From a virus, in IMG/VR virus record IMGVR_UViG_3300009034_002371, positions 1-64,000 of that record: a stretch of DNA of 64,000 bases; one strand, written 5' to 3'. Each line of letters opens with the position of its first letter. The stretch's first letter is position 1. Positions 18,398 through 28,261 of this stretch are shown piece after piece. A model generated the notes under the pieces. That model was not told the DNA's origin. It saw nothing but the letters and a program-made list of their open reading frames with translations, and made no database searches. The position numbers and the translations under genes are program-made.

Positions 18398-19393
18398 TTG
18401 TCAGTGCCTTTGAGAGGAGAGGCTCTAACTTTGGATGTCCCAGAGCATGTTACAGATTTTATAGCTACTTTGCATTCGGCTGATAAGAGTACTCGTGATG
18501 AAGCGCAAGAAGTTCTTTTGAAACTCTGTAAAGTTACAGGGTATAAGATTCTAAGCTCTCGCCGTAAGGCAGGACCATCTACTTTCGTTGCTGTTATAAA
18601 GATATCTGATTATCTTCCTAACAACGTGTTTGTTAAGTATATTCGAAAGCGAAGTGTGTTTCAGGTATACAACGCTTTGCAGCAGGTCTTGGTATCTCCC
18701 AATCTAATGAGTATTTATGGTGCTACATTATATTGGTTAGTTGCTGAGGCTTTTAGCTTTAGATCCACTGGAGTTCAACCAAAGCTTACATCGACGACTA
18801 AGTATATCCTTGCAGTCGACGCCCTATTGCGTATCCATGCCATTGATATCCGCCCGTTAATGTCGGATGGCTTTTTAGAGCCACCTCCCTTAATAGACAC
18901 TTTCTGGAAAACATTCCAAGTTGCAGAGCGATGCGCAACTTCTTCATCGGATCCTGGTGAGTGGCCTTGTTATCTTGCACGTATGAGACGGGACTTCGAT
19001 ACTCTTTTTCCTGCGATTAAACAGCCTGGGGACAATGATTTAGTGTTACATCATGGTGAGTACATAATGCCCAATTTGGGTTTTGTTCCTGTGGGCATTG
19101 GATGGGAGTGCCGTCCCTTCGATTGGGATGGTGCGTGTATCTCCTCGCGGTGGCATGATCTAGCGTATATGACGTTACCCTCAAGTGATGTTGACATGTT
19201 ACGTAGTCTCGATCCCAAGCTTGTGCGTAGATATGCAAATGGATTGGGTATATTTGAGGAAGAGTGGGTTACTCTGCTGTTAAAAACATACGCGCAACAC
19301 AGAATTCTTCAAGTCCTCCGCATGGTTGCTAAGTTTAAGAAGTTAGCTTATACCGACCTCGTGGGTTATTATTTAGACATACTGATGAGATAG
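18398..19393 (+). CDS. Aminoglycoside phosphotransferase/choline kinase-like kinase
   Basis: LHHGEY..PNL (Brenner-like motif, D replaced by E) and FDWD.A.....HDLA. Confidence 0.65.
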   Translation: MSVPLRGEALTLDVPEHVTDFIATLHSADKSTRDEAQEVLLKLCKVTGYKILSSRRKAGPSTFVAVIKISDYLPNNVFVKYIRKRSVFQVYNALQQVLVSPNLMSIYGATLYWLVAEAFSFRSTGVQPKLTSTTKYILAVDALLRIHAIDIRPLMSDGFLEPPPLIDTFWKTFQVAERCATSSSDPGEWPCYLARMRRDFDTLFPAIKQPGDNDLVLHHGEYIMPNLGFVPVGIGWECRPFDWDGACISSRWHDLAYMTLPSSDVDMLRSLDPKLVRRYANGLGIFEEEWVTLLLKTYAQHRILQVLRMVAKFKKLAYTDLVGYYLDILMR

Positions 19394-19396
19394 GAT

Positions 19397-20224
19397 ATGG
19401 TTACTCTTACGAAACTAATTCCCATTCATAGAGTTACTGAGTGCCAGGGAGCCGCTGGGGAGCTTACTGGGTACATGTGGGATAAAGGGTTTATTCTAAC
19501 CAAAGGAGGTGATGAATTTACACGCCTGAAGATGAATGGGAAGAAATTCGCCACTATTACTGAAGTTCCTACACCAGTTAGAGATGCACATGCCTCTGCG
19601 GATCGATTACGGGAGTTATTTAGTTCTATTAAAAGAACCGCTGGGACTGCATATCAGCCTGTAATGGTTGCTGATGTAGATGCTCACGAGCCTCGAAGAA
19701 CAGCAGATACTAGACTTAATTGGATAGCCCAGGCTTTGTCTGATATTTGTTTTCCGTTTGAAGGGTTATCGCTGCTCGATCTAGGGTGCTCGACAGGGTA
19801 TATGTCTCTAGCTTTTGATGCCTATGGTTTCACTGTTACCGGTGTAGATGCTAATGCTACCTCTCTTGAGCTTGCGAACTGTGCAAGTGATGTTGTTAGA
19901 GGTAATGTTACTTTCATAAACGAGTGGTGTCTTAATTTTCTATCCCATACGTCGGGTAGTTACGACGTGGTACTTTTACTAAATCTACTACATTGGCTAC
20001 ACAGGCAAAATAAGTGGGGCCCTCCCCAAGTTGAGGAATTTATTCAGTCGCTTGCCGACCGCACACGTATCGCTTTAGCACTTTCATTTTTCCCTAAAAG
20101 AGCGTGTATGGGAGAGCAGGGTAAAACTGAAGACTCAATCCGCCGCTGGGGTGAGGGTAAGTTCAGTGCAATAAAGTACTTAGGCGCCGGTAAGGCCTAC
20201 CCCCTATGGCTATGTATACGGTAA
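19397..20224 (+). CDS. Class I SAM-dependent methyltransferase
   Basis: LLDLGCSTG...VTGVD...YDVVLLLNLLHW. Confidence 0.85.
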   Translation: MVTLTKLIPIHRVTECQGAAGELTGYMWDKGFILTKGGDEFTRLKMNGKKFATITEVPTPVRDAHASADRLRELFSSIKRTAGTAYQPVMVADVDAHEPRRTADTRLNWIAQALSDICFPFEGLSLLDLGCSTGYMSLAFDAYGFTVTGVDANATSLELANCASDVVRGNVTFINEWCLNFLSHTSGSYDVVLLLNLLHWLHRQNKWGPPQVEEFIQSLADRTRIALALSFFPKRACMGEQGKTEDSIRRWGEGKFSAIKYLGAGKAYPLWLCIR

Positions 20225-20257
20225 CAGACAAGTCGGAGAATATTGTTTGGGGGTAAA

Positions 20258-20271
20258 TGTGTAATAATAAT
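20258..20271 (+). promoter_or_regulatory. Putative promoter motif TGTGTAATAATAAT, copy 1
   Basis: Identical 14-mer in the intergenic region at 36731. Confidence 0.5.
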
Positions 20272-20312
20272 TGTCTTATATTTCTTGTACTCGATGATTG
20301 GAGGTAGTAAAA

Positions 20313-20744
20313 ATGGCTGAAACTGCTGTACAACAGGAGAAGAAGGACAAATTTATCTTTGGTTGTATCCACGATCAGAACGTAGTGCTTCCTGATCTCA
20401 TAACTGGACCGAGGGGATCGGAAGGTGCTCTCAGGTTTGAGCCAGGACAGGTGGTTGATCTTGAAGATTACTTCTCTGGACCTCGGCTTAGAAGATCTAG
20501 GTCCCTGAAGCTAGCTATCAATGAGGGATGGCTAATTCCCTGTAAGAGTGTTGATCAGAAGGTGACACCCAAGAAACGGATCGTAGAGAGTGGTGAAGCT
20601 CCTATTAACGAGTTCGATATGAGGTTAGCTGAGGAACTCGATAAGGAGGAGGCAGAGCTAGAGAGGCTCAAGCAGGGACATGACGCTCTTGGAGCCCGTG
20701 CAAGAAGAGTGAGAGCCCGGCAGGCGGCTGAAAAAGGGACTTGA
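20313..20744 (+). CDS. Hypothetical small virion-associated protein
   Basis: GGAGGT RBS before MAETAVQ; S..L..AI..G.L motif shared with 20746 and 36765. Confidence 0.6.
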   Translation: MAETAVQQEKKDKFIFGCIHDQNVVLPDLITGPRGSEGALRFEPGQVVDLEDYFSGPRLRRSRSLKLAINEGWLIPCKSVDQKVTPKKRIVESGEAPINEFDMRLAEELDKEEAELERLKQGHDALGARARRVRARQAAEKGT

Positions 20745-20745
20745 G

Positions 20746-21087
20746 ATGAAGGTTATTCATACCGCACCTGGGGGCCCCACGGTTTATATTACCGACTTAG
20801 GACTTCGGCTTGGTCAGGCTAGTGAAATGTTTGTTCCAGTTCGTAAAGCTGCTGGTTCCGCGGATCTGGTGAATGCCATAGAGAGGAACCTTGTCCGCAT
20901 TAAATTTACAGCAGCCGAGGGGAATCATCCTGATCTTCAGGAGCTGTTGTCACGAGTCGAGCAAGCTGAGGCAAAGCGGGAGGGACAGTTACTATATGCC
21001 AAGGTGAAAGAGACCATGGAAACCGGGCGGATGGCCTCTTCCTCTGTCCCAGTACGTCCTGCGGTGCTTGAACCTGTGACCCCATAG
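20746..21087 (+). CDS. Hypothetical small virion-associated protein
   Basis: VYITDLG...SADLVNAIERNLV. Confidence 0.55.
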   Translation: MKVIHTAPGGPTVYITDLGLRLGQASEMFVPVRKAAGSADLVNAIERNLVRIKFTAAEGNHPDLQELLSRVEQAEAKREGQLLYAKVKETMETGRMASSSVPVRPAVLEPVTP

Positions 21088-21101
21088 TGTGTAGTCCAAA
21101 T

Positions 21102-21127
21102 GTGGAGGAGTCGTGAGGCTCCTCCAC
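21102..21127 (+). terminator. Hairpin with GNRA loop between structural genes and glycosylation block I
   Basis: gtggaggagtc-gtga-ggctcctccac. Confidence 0.5.
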
Positions 21128-21146
21128 GCAAAACGGAGAGGGTAAA

Positions 21147-22367
21147 GTGGCTATACGATTAGGATTGCATGCACCATTCATCTTTGGCCCTGTTGGTTTT
21201 GCACGTGTTGGTAGGATGATGGCTCTTGGGCTTAATAATCTTGGTGTGGAGGTGCGATTAAAAGGTGTAAAAAATCCAAGATACAACAGGGTCATAGCAA
21301 AGGAAGAATATGATCGTCTAAAAAGTTTTGCACAGGAGACATGGGAGCCAGATATTTGGGTTGCCCTGTCCCCCGGTTGTGGTTTTCTTAAAGATGTGAA
21401 GGGTTGGAACATAGGTATGTCTATGTGGGAAACACCAGAGCTTCCGGGGTTCGGGCGCCATTGTAAACATGTTGATGAGGTTTGGGTTCCCTCTCCCTTT
21501 AATTGGAAGATATTTCACGGTTCTGAAAGTAGTAGTGTACCCAGAGAAAGTCTATCCTATATGCCCCTTGGGGTAGACACCCGCCTTTATTCCCCACATA
21601 CCCCATCGATCCGTATTACGGATGACTTTCAAACCAGCTTTGATTTCATCTATGGAATAGTTTGTGGTTATTCGGCGCGGAAGGGTGTGGACCTCATGTT
21701 AACTGCCCACCATGAGCTTTTTGACCATGAGGATAGTGTAGCACTCTTTGTGAAGGGTGATCATTTTGGTCAGAGGCTGCTTCCAAAAGATATCCAATCC
21801 ATGTACAACGGGAAGACTTTAGTAGATCTTTCTGATCAGCCTCCCAGAGTAAGAGAGGAGATTGAGCAGAAGGTGTGTAAGCATAAGCCTACTATACTGT
21901 ACAATTTTGCTAGTCTTAGCGATGCAGATCTTAGCGAAGTCTATAACTCATTAGATGCTTTTGTTTTCCCATCCCGTGGAGAAGGATTTGGACTACCCCC
22001 TCTGGAAGCAATGAGTTGTGAGCTCCCTGTAATTGGGACCGCAGCGACAGGAATGAAAGAGTTTATGCTTGATGAGTTTAGTTACCCTGTACGCTCAAGG
22101 GGTTGGAAGATATGTACTGGTTGCGATTGGATTACTCCTGACTACCGTGGGCAGTTATTTGTGGATCCAGATTATATACAGTACAGGGATGCGCTTTGGG
22201 AGGTTTATTCTGATCGTGAGGCCGCTAAAGTCAAAGGAAAAAAAGCGCGTGAGTTTGTGATTGAGAATTACAGTTTTGAAGTTGCAACAGCTAGGATGAA
22301 GAGAAGGTTAGAAGAGATAGTGGGTGGTCATATGACGACAGAAAACTTCTGGCCGGAGGGGGTGTAG
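21147..22367 (+). CDS. GT4 (GT-B) glycosyltransferase
   Basis: RKG.D...DAFVFPSRGEGFGLPPLEAMSCELPVI. Confidence 0.9.
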   Translation: MAIRLGLHAPFIFGPVGFARVGRMMALGLNNLGVEVRLKGVKNPRYNRVIAKEEYDRLKSFAQETWEPDIWVALSPGCGFLKDVKGWNIGMSMWETPELPGFGRHCKHVDEVWVPSPFNWKIFHGSESSSVPRESLSYMPLGVDTRLYSPHTPSIRITDDFQTSFDFIYGIVCGYSARKGVDLMLTAHHELFDHEDSVALFVKGDHFGQRLLPKDIQSMYNGKTLVDLSDQPPRVREEIEQKVCKHKPTILYNFASLSDADLSEVYNSLDAFVFPSRGEGFGLPPLEAMSCELPVIGTAATGMKEFMLDEFSYPVRSRGWKICTGCDWITPDYRGQLFVDPDYIQYRDALWEVYSDREAAKVKGKKAREFVIENYSFEVATARMKRRLEEIVGGHMTTENFWPEGV

Positions 22368-22370
22368 GCT

Positions 22371-24227
22371 ATTTACTTCCTTTATGCTTCGGAGATCCCA
22401 TATCACCATAGCGGCGGTGCCTGTCGAAGTGTACAGACGTTATTTAAGGAACTTAGTAAAAGCGGGCATTCCTGCCTTAGCATTTCTAGGATCCCAGGTG
22501 AAAAACATGTTGCCATAGATGGTGTAAAATGTTTACGCACTGCGGTCCCCGAGAGGTGGTTGGAGAGTATCCTCAAAGATCGGGGTCCGGGAGGGAAGAT
22601 TGTTCTCGCCCAGCTTGCAGGGGATTCGTGGGTAGTGAAGCTTGCAAAGCAATATAAGGTTCCTTCTATTTTGCGTATTCCTTCTTTTACTGAGTATATC
22701 TGTACAGCTTACGCTAAATTTATACGCTGTTTAAGGCCTTGCTTATCAGGGAACAAATGTCCGCATAGAGTTGTCAATAGGGCAGTTAGAGAGGCATCGG
22801 CAGTTATTACAAGTAGTTATTTTGCAGCAACACTTGTGAAGCAATTTTACGACAAGGATGCTTTAGTAGTTTACCCATCTATAGATCCGGAGGAGCATTT
22901 GGTAAAGAAGACTGGGCATAAAGTGACTCTGATAAATGGGACTCCGGTAAAAGGTATGGGTGTCCTTCTTAAAGTGGCTAAAAAGCACAAGGAGTTTTCA
23001 TATATGGTTGTTAGAAATCCTCCCCCGCTTGATAAGTCCTGGAAGGATTATGATATACAGCTTCTTCCAGGAAGAGACGACATGCATGCTGTGTGGGAGC
23101 AAACGAGAATCCTTCTAGTTCCTTCTTTGGTGGCAGAGTCGTTTGGCAGGGTTTGTGTTGAGGCGGGTATAAATGGAATCCCTGTAATAGCTTCCGATCG
23201 TGGGGGGTTACCTGAAGCAGCTGGTCCTGCGGCAGTGATTCCTGTTGAAGATATCAAGGCGTGGCAACAGGAAGTCTATAAGTTAATGACTGATTCAAAG
23301 TACTATGCAACTCGTAGCGCTTCGGCTAGGGAGCATGCTACGCAGTTTGATGTAGTTACCTCAACAGATAGATTTGCACGGTTGGCTGAGGAACTTTTAG
23401 CTGGAAGAGAAGCCGCCCCACTTATTACGAGACTCAACAAGTCTATAATAGAACCTAGTAAGGTACCTAGAGTAGCACTCTTCGGTCCATGGATTGGGGA
23501 ATTTGGTTGGGAAGTAGCTACATGGCAGCCTTGGTGCAGAAAGCAGGCAAGAAAATACGACAAAGTATATGTGTGCAGTTTCCCCGGTATGGGAGCTCTC
23601 TATGAGGACTTTGCGGAGTTTGTACCTCATAGTTATCCTAGACGAGAGGTTTTATGGACGCTGGATAGGGGTGTGGACCTTTCTAAGGTTGCATATAACA
23701 GACCTGCTGATGTTACTACCTTGGTGAATCCTATATGGGAATACCGGATTGATGGAGAGTTTATAAAATTTGGTAAGGGTCACAACACTCAGTTTGGCTG
23801 CCTCATACACGCTGCTAAACACCTGGCGGATGATAAGCTTTGTAAAAATTATCCAGAGAAGCTTTGGCGGGAGATTGTAGCAGAGCTGCCAGGAAGTGTT
23901 GCTTCTATAGGGACTGGGGCAGATTTGCACATAGCGGGGACAGTGGATCGGAGAGGTATCCCGCTTAATGAGTTGATGGATCTTATGGCTGGATGTAGGG
24001 TTGTTGTTGGGGGCAGCTCTGGTCCCATGCATCTTGCCGCCTTTTGCGGTGCTGCTGTTGTTGTCTGGGGACCGCGAAACGCGTCTTTTGAGCCGCTCAA
24101 TCGAAGGTATACGAAGGCATGGAACCCATTTGGAACAAGGGTAGAGTACATCTTTGCAGATGATTGGAAGCCGCTTCCTGCTGGTGTGGTATCAGCAGTG
24201 CGGAGGGTGTTGGAAAATACGTCATGA
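22371..24227 (+). CDS. GT4 + GT9-like fusion glycosyltransferase; probable non-canonical ATT start
   Basis: Frame is open from 22368 with a GT4 N-terminus (YFLYASE...SGGA.RS..TL..EL...GH); ESFGRV..EA..NG.PVI; C-terminal GGSSGPMHLAAFCG (GT9-like). Confidence 0.8.
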   Translation: MYFLYASEIPYHHSGGACRSVQTLFKELSKSGHSCLSISRIPGEKHVAIDGVKCLRTAVPERWLESILKDRGPGGKIVLAQLAGDSWVVKLAKQYKVPSILRIPSFTEYICTAYAKFIRCLRPCLSGNKCPHRVVNRAVREASAVITSSYFAATLVKQFYDKDALVVYPSIDPEEHLVKKTGHKVTLINGTPVKGMGVLLKVAKKHKEFSYMVVRNPPPLDKSWKDYDIQLLPGRDDMHAVWEQTRILLVPSLVAESFGRVCVEAGINGIPVIASDRGGLPEAAGPAAVIPVEDIKAWQQEVYKLMTDSKYYATRSASAREHATQFDVVTSTDRFARLAEELLAGREAAPLITRLNKSIIEPSKVPRVALFGPWIGEFGWEVATWQPWCRKQARKYDKVYVCSFPGMGALYEDFAEFVPHSYPRREVLWTLDRGVDLSKVAYNRPADVTTLVNPIWEYRIDGEFIKFGKGHNTQFGCLIHAAKHLADDKLCKNYPEKLWREIVAELPGSVASIGTGADLHIAGTVDRRGIPLNELMDLMAGCRVVVGGSSGPMHLAAFCGAAVVVWGPRNASFEPLNRRYTKAWNPFGTRVEYIFADDWKPLPAGVVSAVRRVLENTS

Positions 24228-25213
24228 AGGTTCTCTTCGTTACCAGAGTTCCACCGGAGGTTATAGCGTGGAAGGCTCAGAATGCACTACCCCGGGTCCG
24301 CCATCTCCCTTGCGAGCTTGTAGAATGTTACTCTGCCGAGGATGTACGTAACCATATTGGCACCGCTGATGTGATTTTATTGGATAATGGTTACAGATAT
24401 GTACCTTTTTGGGATGAAATTACGTTTATCAACACAGCCTCCTTGTATACTGGTAGGTTTCATGTTGATATGTGGCTTCCTCGTGAGAGCGGCACTCCAG
24501 CTACCTGGAATGAGAGCTCTATAAGTTTTAACGTGCGTATCATTGCCTACCGTAAGCTCCAGAAGGAGTACCGACCTGGATGGCAGAATGTGTTTTGGTC
24601 TCCTCACTGCATAGACGCTCAACACTATGACGTTCTTCGCGATATTGATGTTTTATTTTGGGGGGCGTGTAGTCCACAATATCCGTTTCGGCAGTTTGTG
24701 TCCCAGAAACTAAAAGAGTGTGTTGTTGGGAATGGGGTACCTATAGATCCCTTTCTGACTATGTACGATGTAGTAGTTGCACGTCGTAAATACAAGTATG
24801 GTGTCGTACGTTTTGTTTCGAACCCAGTAGATTGGCAACCACCACAAGTACAAACAATGTACGGCTACTACGGTCCCCGATTGTTCAGGTTACTGTCTAG
24901 GGCTAGAGTTTGTTGTACGGGACCGGCCTGGGGCGTTCCGGTTGGTAAGTATATAGAACATGCTGCTTGTGGTGCAGTGAGTTTAACTACGGATTTCTCT
25001 GATAGAGAAGCTTTGGGGTTTAGTCATGAGGAGAATATTTGGGTTACCGATAAGCGGCACTTCATGGGGGACCTCACCCATTTGTTAGAACGTGATAATG
25101 TGGTACAAGCGATATCGAGGAACGCGAGGGAGCTTGTAGAGACGCGTCATACTTTAGCTATTCGGGCACGAGAGTTATATAAGTTTCTATGTAAGGCGAC
25201 AGGGAAAGAATGA
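24224..25213 (+). CDS. CgeB-like / Glyco_trans_1_2 glycosyltransferase
   Basis: DIDVLFWG...YP.R...KY.E.AACG...ISRNARELV..RHT...RA.EL. Confidence 0.8.
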   Translation: MKVLFVTRVPPEVIAWKAQNALPRVRHLPCELVECYSAEDVRNHIGTADVILLDNGYRYVPFWDEITFINTASLYTGRFHVDMWLPRESGTPATWNESSISFNVRIIAYRKLQKEYRPGWQNVFWSPHCIDAQHYDVLRDIDVLFWGACSPQYPFRQFVSQKLKECVVGNGVPIDPFLTMYDVVVARRKYKYGVVRFVSNPVDWQPPQVQTMYGYYGPRLFRLLSRARVCCTGPAWGVPVGKYIEHAACGAVSLTTDFSDREALGFSHEENIWVTDKRHFMGDLTHLLERDNVVQAISRNARELVETRHTLAIRARELYKFLCKATGKE

Positions 25214-26301
25214 AGGTTGTTTTTGCTACTAAGCGTGTCAGTAAGTTAAGAAGGTTATCGCTTGTACGGCCAAATGATATGTTAAGACATCTACCGTGCA
25301 AGGTGGTTGAATGTTATTCTGCAGCTGATGTACGTAAGCATGTAAAAACTGCTGATGTAGTGCTTCTCGATTTCTTTAGAGCTATGAACTTAGCTCTTAA
25401 TTATATTCACTATTGGAAGGATCTTACGTTTCTCAACGAGTTAGATATCCCCGTTGGTTGGTTCTATTGGGGTGTGTGGCCGCAGCATGGGAAAATTGTT
25501 AAACCAATGCTTAACGCTATTAAGATTGACTTTTACCTAGCCCTCCAGCAGGAGATCGTGAGGGAGTTTCGACAGCATTGGCTTGATGATACATTCTGGT
25601 GCCCATCCAGTATGGCAGTACAAAATTACAACGTTCCCAGGGACATAGATATACTACTCTGGGGCACAGTTGGCATTCCCTCAAAACATACGTATCCGTA
25701 CCGGGAGTTTCTGAGGAGGGAGTTGAAGAGGCGCATTATCAAGAAGATCGAGGATGTCGATCCCTGGCTATCGACCTACAGTATAAGTATCGGGGGGCGT
25801 AAGTACAAGTATGCTCGATTACGTCGATTACAGATTGATCGACCCAGTTCGCGGCAAATGAAGTATGGGTACTATGGACCGAAGCTGCACGAGCTAGTGT
25901 CACGAGCTAAGATTTGTCCAACAGGTCCGCATCGCGACAGAATTCCCCTTGGCAAATATTTTGAGAATGCAGCCTGTGGTGCGGTTACTATGAGTATCAG
26001 GTTCGTTGATGATGCAGCTCTCGGCTTCGAGCATGGCAAAACTATTTGGTTTACTGACAGGAAGTTTCCGTCATACCCACGCTTTTCAAAAAATGATATA
26101 AGGTTTCCGAGCCATTGGCAAGAGATCCTTAACAGTAAGGAACATGATTTTTTTGGCGATCTTGCTTATTTGTTAGAACACCAGGAGGTGATACAGGAGA
26201 TATCAAACAATGCAAGAGAACTCATCCGAACGAGACATACTCCAGAGGTTCGAGCACTTGGGTTGTATAAATTCTTGTGCGAGAGGGTGGAAGAATCGTG
26301 A
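25210..26301 (+). CDS. CgeB-like / Glyco_trans_1_2 glycosyltransferase
   Basis: Same paralog motifs (KYFENAACG, NARELIRTRHT). Confidence 0.8.
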   Translation: MKVVFATKRVSKLRRLSLVRPNDMLRHLPCKVVECYSAADVRKHVKTADVVLLDFFRAMNLALNYIHYWKDLTFLNELDIPVGWFYWGVWPQHGKIVKPMLNAIKIDFYLALQQEIVREFRQHWLDDTFWCPSSMAVQNYNVPRDIDILLWGTVGIPSKHTYPYREFLRRELKRRIIKKIEDVDPWLSTYSISIGGRKYKYARLRRLQIDRPSSRQMKYGYYGPKLHELVSRAKICPTGPHRDRIPLGKYFENAACGAVTMSIRFVDDAALGFEHGKTIWFTDRKFPSYPRFSKNDIRFPSHWQEILNSKEHDFFGDLAYLLEHQEVIQEISNNARELIRTRHTPEVRALGLYKFLCERVEES

Positions 26302-27284
26302 AAATTTTATTTGTCCCAGCACGCGTGCATAGCTTGTGCCGAGAAAAGGCTGTATGGATACGTTCTATGATGAGACATCTACCCTGTGATATGGTAGAGT
26401 GTTACTCTCCTGCTGATGTTCGTGCCCATTTGAAAGGGGCTCATGTAGTCTTGTTGGATATTCCTAGGTTCATCCCTTTTTTGAAAAGTCTTACGTTTCT
26501 TAACAAAGCTAAAGTGTTCAAGGCTATATATTACTGTGATATATGGCGCCCTTATGAGCTTGATGAGCTTATAAAGCCTAACGTGCATCTAGTACCGGTG
26601 CGGAAGCTTGTAGAGAGGTATAGGGCCGAGTGGTTGCGTAGTATGTTTTGGACTCCTGCAAGCATGGACGTTCAAGAATATGATTTACCACGAGACATAG
26701 ATGTTTTGTTCTGGGGAACGTTTAGCTACCCCACAGTGGGTACTTACCCGTTCCGGGAGTTTGTTAGGATATGGTTAAAAGAGCACATTGTTGACAAGAT
26801 CTCGCAAGTTGATCCGCATTTGGCCATGTACCATGTAGAGATTGGGGGCCGTAAGTACGTGTATGCTCTGCTAAAGTCTGTTCCTGGTTTGCACTCACGT
26901 AACCCAAATAAGGTACAAGCAACATATGGCTATTACGGTGAAAGGTTGTATAGACTAGTTTCAAGGTCTAAGATTTGCTGTGCCGGACCAAAACTGAAAC
27001 GTGGTGTTCCCCTTGGCAAATATTTTGAGAATGCAGCCTGTGGCGCTGTTTCTATAAGTCGCGAGTTCACTGATAGAGAGGCTTTAGGCTTCGAGCATAA
27101 AAAGAATATCTGGATTACAGGTACGAAACATTTTGCAAGTGGTCTTACTTACCTATTAGAGCATGATGACGTGGTAAGGGAGATGTCGGGTAATGCAAGA
27201 GAGCTCATTCGGGCGAGACATACCCGGGGGATCCGGGCGCGGGAGCTGTATAAATTCTTATCTAAGAAAACGGGGAAAGTATGA
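26298..27284 (+). CDS. CgeB-like / Glyco_trans_1_2 glycosyltransferase
   Basis: Same paralog motifs; GTG start overlaps upstream TGA. Confidence 0.8.
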   Translation: MKILFVPARVHSLCREKAVWIRSMMRHLPCDMVECYSPADVRAHLKGAHVVLLDIPRFIPFLKSLTFLNKAKVFKAIYYCDIWRPYELDELIKPNVHLVPVRKLVERYRAEWLRSMFWTPASMDVQEYDLPRDIDVLFWGTFSYPTVGTYPFREFVRIWLKEHIVDKISQVDPHLAMYHVEIGGRKYVYALLKSVPGLHSRNPNKVQATYGYYGERLYRLVSRSKICCAGPKLKRGVPLGKYFENAACGAVSISREFTDREALGFEHKKNIWITGTKHFASGLTYLLEHDDVVREMSGNARELIRARHTRGIRARELYKFLSKKTGKV

Positions 27285-28261
27285 AGGTGCTTTTAGTTTC
27301 TAGAGATATACCTAAGCAAAAGGTACACCGGTTGTCTAACTTTCTCTTACGTATGGACTACATGCCTTGTACTTTGCTTAGGGCAAGAACAAATCAGGAC
27401 ATAGCACGTTACATGTCTGAGGCGGATGTTATTTTTCTTAATTCAACATCCCATACTAGGTGGGTGGCGGAGGATTCTCCTATATACAGGGTGGGGGTTC
27501 CAGTGGGTAGGATTTTTGGTGATGTTTGGGGGCTACCACAGCTTGAGAAATACAGGAACATGAAAAAGTTTAGGAGTAAGACTGGTACCCTTGTTGCGGA
27601 CCACTTTAGGCATTACGATTATCGTGTTTGTACTTGTCAGGCACTTTTTAGAGAGTTTTGCCCGGAGTATGTTGATACCATGTTTTGGTCTCCGCACTGT
27701 GTAGACGTTCAGAACTTTGATGTTCCCAAAGATGTTGATGTTTTGATTTGGGGAGCTTTGGGTACTAGTGCTGACAGAAGACGTGTGAAAAACCTCTTGA
27801 TGAAACATGTTGTTGCTCCAGGGAGGCAATACGATGCGGCCCGTTTAATATACAAGATTGCTCTAGGTGGGAGAAAGTATACACTTGTGTGGCTTCGAAG
27901 TCATGGTGAGGTATACCGTGGCTCTAAGCTCTACAGAATGATATCAAGGGCTAAGGTTTGCTGTACAGCTCCCGTACACCAGGCACCTGTTGGTAAATAC
28001 TTTGAGAATGCAGCCTGCGGCTCTGTGACTTTAACCTTAAAGTTCACCGATAGGGAAGCTTTGGGGTTTGAACATGGGAAGAATATTTGGATTTCGAGCT
28101 TGGGCAGCTACTTAAAGAATTTGCGGTTTCTGTTAGAACATGATGCCTTGGTGAAAGAAATGTCCAGGAATGCGAAGGAGCTCATCTGTACTAGACATAC
28201 TCCAGAGATACGGGGTAAGGAGTTGTATGAGTTCTTTAAGCGTCTGACGGGGAAGACGTAA
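27281..28261 (+). CDS. CgeB-like / Glyco_trans_1_2 glycosyltransferase
   Basis: Same paralog motifs. Confidence 0.8.
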   Translation: MKVLLVSRDIPKQKVHRLSNFLLRMDYMPCTLLRARTNQDIARYMSEADVIFLNSTSHTRWVAEDSPIYRVGVPVGRIFGDVWGLPQLEKYRNMKKFRSKTGTLVADHFRHYDYRVCTCQALFREFCPEYVDTMFWSPHCVDVQNFDVPKDVDVLIWGALGTSADRRRVKNLLMKHVVAPGRQYDAARLIYKIALGGRKYTLVWLRSHGEVYRGSKLYRMISRAKVCCTAPVHQAPVGKYFENAACGSVTLTLKFTDREALGFEHGKNIWISSLGSYLKNLRFLLEHDALVKEMSRNAKELICTRHTPEIRGKELYEFFKRLTGKT

